DNA from: an uncultured Bacteroidales bacterium
GTDB taxonomy: Bacteria > Bacteroidota > Bacteroidia > Bacteroidales > VadinHA17
Reading direction: 5' to 3'
Assembly (NCBI GenBank): GCA_963816345.1
Contig: CAWFKI010000005.1
Span: forward strand, 2,399,572-2,463,571
DNA: 64,000 bases
Position 1 is the stretch's first letter. Each line of letters opens with the position of its first letter. Shown here one piece after another: positions 61,027 through 64,000 of this stretch. The position numbers and the translations under genes were made by a program. The notes beneath the pieces are model-generated. The model was not told the origin of the DNA. It saw only the letters and a list, made by a program, of their open reading frames with translations, and did not search any database.

Positions 61027-61773
61027 CTAGAGGAGTTTGATCTTAATTGACCGGTACCATACTTTTGTTCCATGGTTCTGGAGTGAAATATATCCCTGGT
61101 CGAATTTGCCCCAGTCAGGAAATTGTGCCCATTTTCCGCTATTCCTCAGCTTTTTCCATTCATCGGAATATTTCTCATACTTTACCACTACCACCCCATT
61201 GATAATCTGAGTTACCATATTACCTTTTACTACCAGCATGAGCTGATTCCAATCCCCGAGAGATTTGGCAGGTTTTGCAATTGGAGGGTACATGGCATAG
61301 TTTGCGCCATTGATCTGCCAGTCAGCCAGCGGATCGGGCCAGTTAGTATCATCTATGATCTGAAATTCCGGACCGGTTTCATAAGGAAATTTATATTTAG
61401 GATCCTCTGCGACCTGGAAAATCACACCACTGTTAGCTCCCCTGGTAAGCTTATATTCAAGTGTAAGGGCAAAATCGCGATATTCCTTATTTGTTATAAT
61501 ATCCTGGCTTTCAGCAGCTCCCGTAGTATTCATAGTAAGAGAGCCATCTTCGATAGCCCAGCTGTCAGGAAATATTTTCATATTATAACCATGCCAGCCT
61601 TCGGTTGTTTTTCCGTCAAAAAGCAGCTTCCAGCCTTCTTTTTTCTCACTGGATGATAATGTATTAGGCACAAGATTCTTGTCAACTTCCGCATAAAGTC
61701 CCAGTGCATCTTTGGGTTTTGATTGTCCGCATGAAATAATGACTGACATCATTATCAGCCAGAGTATTCCCAT
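61027..61773 (-). CDS. DUF1080 (3-keto-disaccharide hydrolase family) lipoprotein
   Basis: 'GWKLLFDGKTTEGWHGY', 'RGANSGVIFQV' and the C-terminal 'LQNHGTKVWYRSIKIKLL'. Confidence 0.85.
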   Translation of the reverse strand: MGILWLIMMSVIISCGQSKPKDALGLYAEVDKNLVPNTLSSSEKKEGWKLLFDGKTTEGWHGYNMKIFPDSWAIEDGSLTMNTTGAAESQDIITNKEYRDFALTLEYKLTRGANSGVIFQVAEDPKYKFPYETGPEFQIIDDTNWPDPLADWQINGANYAMYPPIAKPAKSLGDWNQLMLVVKGNMVTQIINGVVVVKYEKYSDEWKKLRNSGKWAQFPDWGKFDQGYISLQNHGTKVWYRSIKIKLL

Positions 61774-61813
61774 TGTGATTTTTTCATCTTACCTGTTTTT
61801 ATGATTAGTAATG

Positions 61814-63289
61814 TTATTTTTTAATTGTTAATTGATTCTCCGGGGTTTTAGTCAGTGTTCTAACACCTGTATTTCCACCTTTGGATAAACTTATATCCAC
61901 AGGAGAATTCGATTTGTACGAGCCACATGTAAAATCAGGTACCTGGATGGAGTTGGAACGGTTTGCAACTGACCATTCGCTTAAAGGGGCAATGCTGCTC
62001 CAGAGTGCAGCGTCATAAACATCCTGATCCAGAGGTAATCCGTTTCTCAGACAATCGATCAGACGCCAGTCCATCATAAAATCCATCCCTCCGTGGCCTC
62101 CTATCTTCTTAGCCATTTCGCCGACCCTTTTTACAATTTCAGGAGTATATTGTTCCTGCAATTCGGTCATCCTGGCTTCGTCAAACCATTCATGGCCCAG
62201 GGCAATCCTTCCCGGCTCGGGATACTTTACAGCTACCCCTTTGGTACCACTTATCAGGTGGATACGTGAATACGGACGCGGCGAAGTGGTATCATGTTGA
62301 ATCATAATTGTCTTTCCCTTCTCAGTCCTGACTGTCGATGTGTTCATATCACCCCTGTAACCGTTTGTTGCAAAAGGCTTGTAAAAATCATCTGTTGCAG
62401 CCAGCTCCTCAGCTTCCTTTGCCAGCATGAAGTCATTGCCTGACATTGAGGTCATATAATCCATCCTGTCGCCACGGTTGATGTTAAGCGCCTGGCATAC
62501 AGGACCAAGGCCATGGGTGGGATAGAGATTGCCGTTCCTGTGCTGGTTCTGTTTCAGACGCCACATATCGACATATCCCTTTTTATTGAACAATAGTTCC
62601 CTGAGATCATGTATATAAGCTCCTTCTGCATGAATAAGCTCACCGAAAAATCCCTGCCTGACCATATTGAGAGTGAGCAATTCGAAAAAGTCATAGCAGC
62701 AGTTCTCAAGCATCATGCAGTGTTTTTTTGTCTTTTCCGATGTTTCAACAAGCTGCCAGGCTTCATCAAGAGTAGTGGCAGCTGGTACTTCCGATGCCGC
62801 ATGTTTGCCATTTTCCATGGCAAAAACTGCCATTGGCGTATGAAGTGGCCAGGGAGTGCAGATATAGACCAGGTCAATTTCATTACTCTGACAGAGTTCT
62901 TTCCATATATCCGCTGTACCTCCATAGGACCTGGCCGGTGGCAGACCATGAGCTGCAAGAATCTTTTGTGCCTTATCAACCCTGTCCTGGATCATATCGC
63001 AGAGAGCCCTTATCTCCACACCTTCAATATTTGCCATCCGTTCCACGGCACCTGGCCCGCGCTGGCCCAGACCGATAATGCCAATTCTTACTGTTCCGAT
63101 CTTCGGAGCAGCATAGCCGCTCATATTGAAACGCTGCGTATGAACTCTTGTGGCAGCTTCTTCAATGAAAGCTAATGGCGTTGATTTCTTGTTTTTTCCC
63201 TCAGGGACGCATGAAGTCAGATTGCCTGACACGATCCCGGCACCGGCGACTCCGGCAATTTTAAAAAAATTACGGCGGTTGGTTTTCAT
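61814..63289 (-). CDS. Gfo/Idh/MocA-family oxidoreductase, GH109-like, with TAT signal
   Basis: 'NRRNFFKIAGVAGAG' is the leader and 'VRIGIIGLGQRGPG' the Rossmann motif. Its length and 'MMLENCCYD' region resemble NAD-dependent GH109-type glycosidases. Confidence 0.7.
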   Translation of the reverse strand: MKTNRRNFFKIAGVAGAGIVSGNLTSCVPEGKNKKSTPLAFIEEAATRVHTQRFNMSGYAAPKIGTVRIGIIGLGQRGPGAVERMANIEGVEIRALCDMIQDRVDKAQKILAAHGLPPARSYGGTADIWKELCQSNEIDLVYICTPWPLHTPMAVFAMENGKHAASEVPAATTLDEAWQLVETSEKTKKHCMMLENCCYDFFELLTLNMVRQGFFGELIHAEGAYIHDLRELLFNKKGYVDMWRLKQNQHRNGNLYPTHGLGPVCQALNINRGDRMDYMTSMSGNDFMLAKEAEELAATDDFYKPFATNGYRGDMNTSTVRTEKGKTIMIQHDTTSPRPYSRIHLISGTKGVAVKYPEPGRIALGHEWFDEARMTELQEQYTPEIVKRVGEMAKKIGGHGGMDFMMDWRLIDCLRNGLPLDQDVYDAALWSSIAPLSEWSVANRSNSIQVPDFTCGSYKSNSPVDISLSKGGNTGVRTLTKTPENQLTIKK

Positions 63290-63328
63290 TTACACTGATA
63301 TTTTAATTATAGATTAACCCTGTTATTA

Positions 63329-64000
63329 TCAATTATTTATTGCTCCACCGACTAATACACCGAATTTCCATTCCGTATCATCCTTTGCGGCATTCTGTGT
63401 CTGCTTCATGAGTACACCGATCAGATCTTCTTTCGGATCAGCAAAATAACTGGTATTAAAATAACCGCCCCAGCGGAAGGTCCCGACGCTGCCATTTCCA
63501 CCTTTATCCTGTCCCCGTTTTGTTGTAACCGAAAATGCCAGGCCATAATAGCTTTCAGCATCCTCTCCCCAGACCTTATGATTCTGATTGCTCATTATCG
63601 CTTCAATAGTGGTACGGCTGAGTATCCGTTTCCCGTTAAGCTCACCACCGTTGAGATACATCTGTAAAAATGTCGCATAGTCCTTTGCAGTACTTGATAG
63701 CCCCGCTCCTCCCGCAAAATATTTTTTTGCACCAGTGACGGGATAATTCACATCGTAAAAGGTATCGGGATATCTTGTCCAGGAGCCATCCTCCGGCTGC
63801 TGAACAGATACAAGCCGGCCGGCTTTGCTTTCGGGGAGATAAAACCAGGTATCGTCCATTCCGAGGGGATCAAAAATACGTGTTCTTAAGAAAATATCGA
63901 ACGGAATTCCCGATATTACCTCAATCAGATAGCCCAGTACATCCAGTCCTTCGCTATAGGTAAATTGCTCGCCCGGGTTATGATGCAGGGGCATTTTTGC
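63329..64000 (-). CDS. Serine hydrolase of the beta-lactamase/transpeptidase-like family (partial, N-terminus outside window)
   Basis: The frame stays open to base 64000. 'PGEQFTYSEGLDVLGYLIEVISG' matches the conserved 'PG..F.YSN.GY.LLG' region of class-C-like serine hydrolases. Confidence 0.65.
   Translation of the reverse strand, partial: AKMPLHHNPGEQFTYSEGLDVLGYLIEVISGIPFDIFLRTRIFDPLGMDDTWFYLPESKAGRLVSVQQPEDGSWTRYPDTFYDVNYPVTGAKKYFAGGAGLSSTAKDYATFLQMYLNGGELNGKRILSRTTIEAIMSNQNHKVWGEDAESYYGLAFSVTTKRGQDKGGNGSVGTFRWGGYFNTSYFADPKEDLIGVLMKQTQNAAKDDTEWKFGVLVGGAINN

Overview
This is a densely coding carbohydrate-utilisation region with about 50 genes, mostly on the minus strand. It looks Bacteroidota-like: lipoprotein, Sec and TAT signal peptides, no Shine-Dalgarno sequences, and TAnnTTTG-type -7 boxes. 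That taxonomic call is inference. I recognised no rRNA, tRNA, CRISPR, transposase, integrase or phage genes.

Content:
- A possible LarA-like / DUF1537 kinase / PdxA acid-sugar triad.
- Twelve glycoside-hydrolase or GH-like genes: GH5-like, clan-D alpha-galactosidase-like, GH38, GH29, GH20-like, GH28, GH92, GH116, GH172/DUF2961, DUF4091-like, and two large uncharacterised paralogues.
- Four sugar-porter MFS transporters but no SusC/SusD.
- A mannose/mannitol node: cupin mannose/lyxose isomerase, PfkB kinase and MtlD.
- An AraC-linked operon of amidohydrolase, isomerase, mutarotase-like, aldolase, kinase and GH172 genes.
- An orphan MacB/FtsX-type ABC pair.
- A TAT-exported cluster of Gfo/Idh/MocA, DUF1080 and xylose-isomerase-like TIM-barrel genes.

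The most unusual feature is four uroporphyrinogen-decarboxylase (URO-D)/MtaA-like paralogues arranged as two modules of 'two URO-D-like genes plus a sugar porter'. They carry zinc-type H-x-C...C motifs and have no haem or corrinoid context. This is my best candidate for an undescribed sugar-modifying system.

Eight genes carry about 11-12 frameshifts. These are concentrated in two regions and often sit at short homopolymers, so they reflect either assembly indels or decay of two operons. A 20-nt GC palindrome element recurs three times, and a heptamer tandem repeat sits directly upstream of one transporter.
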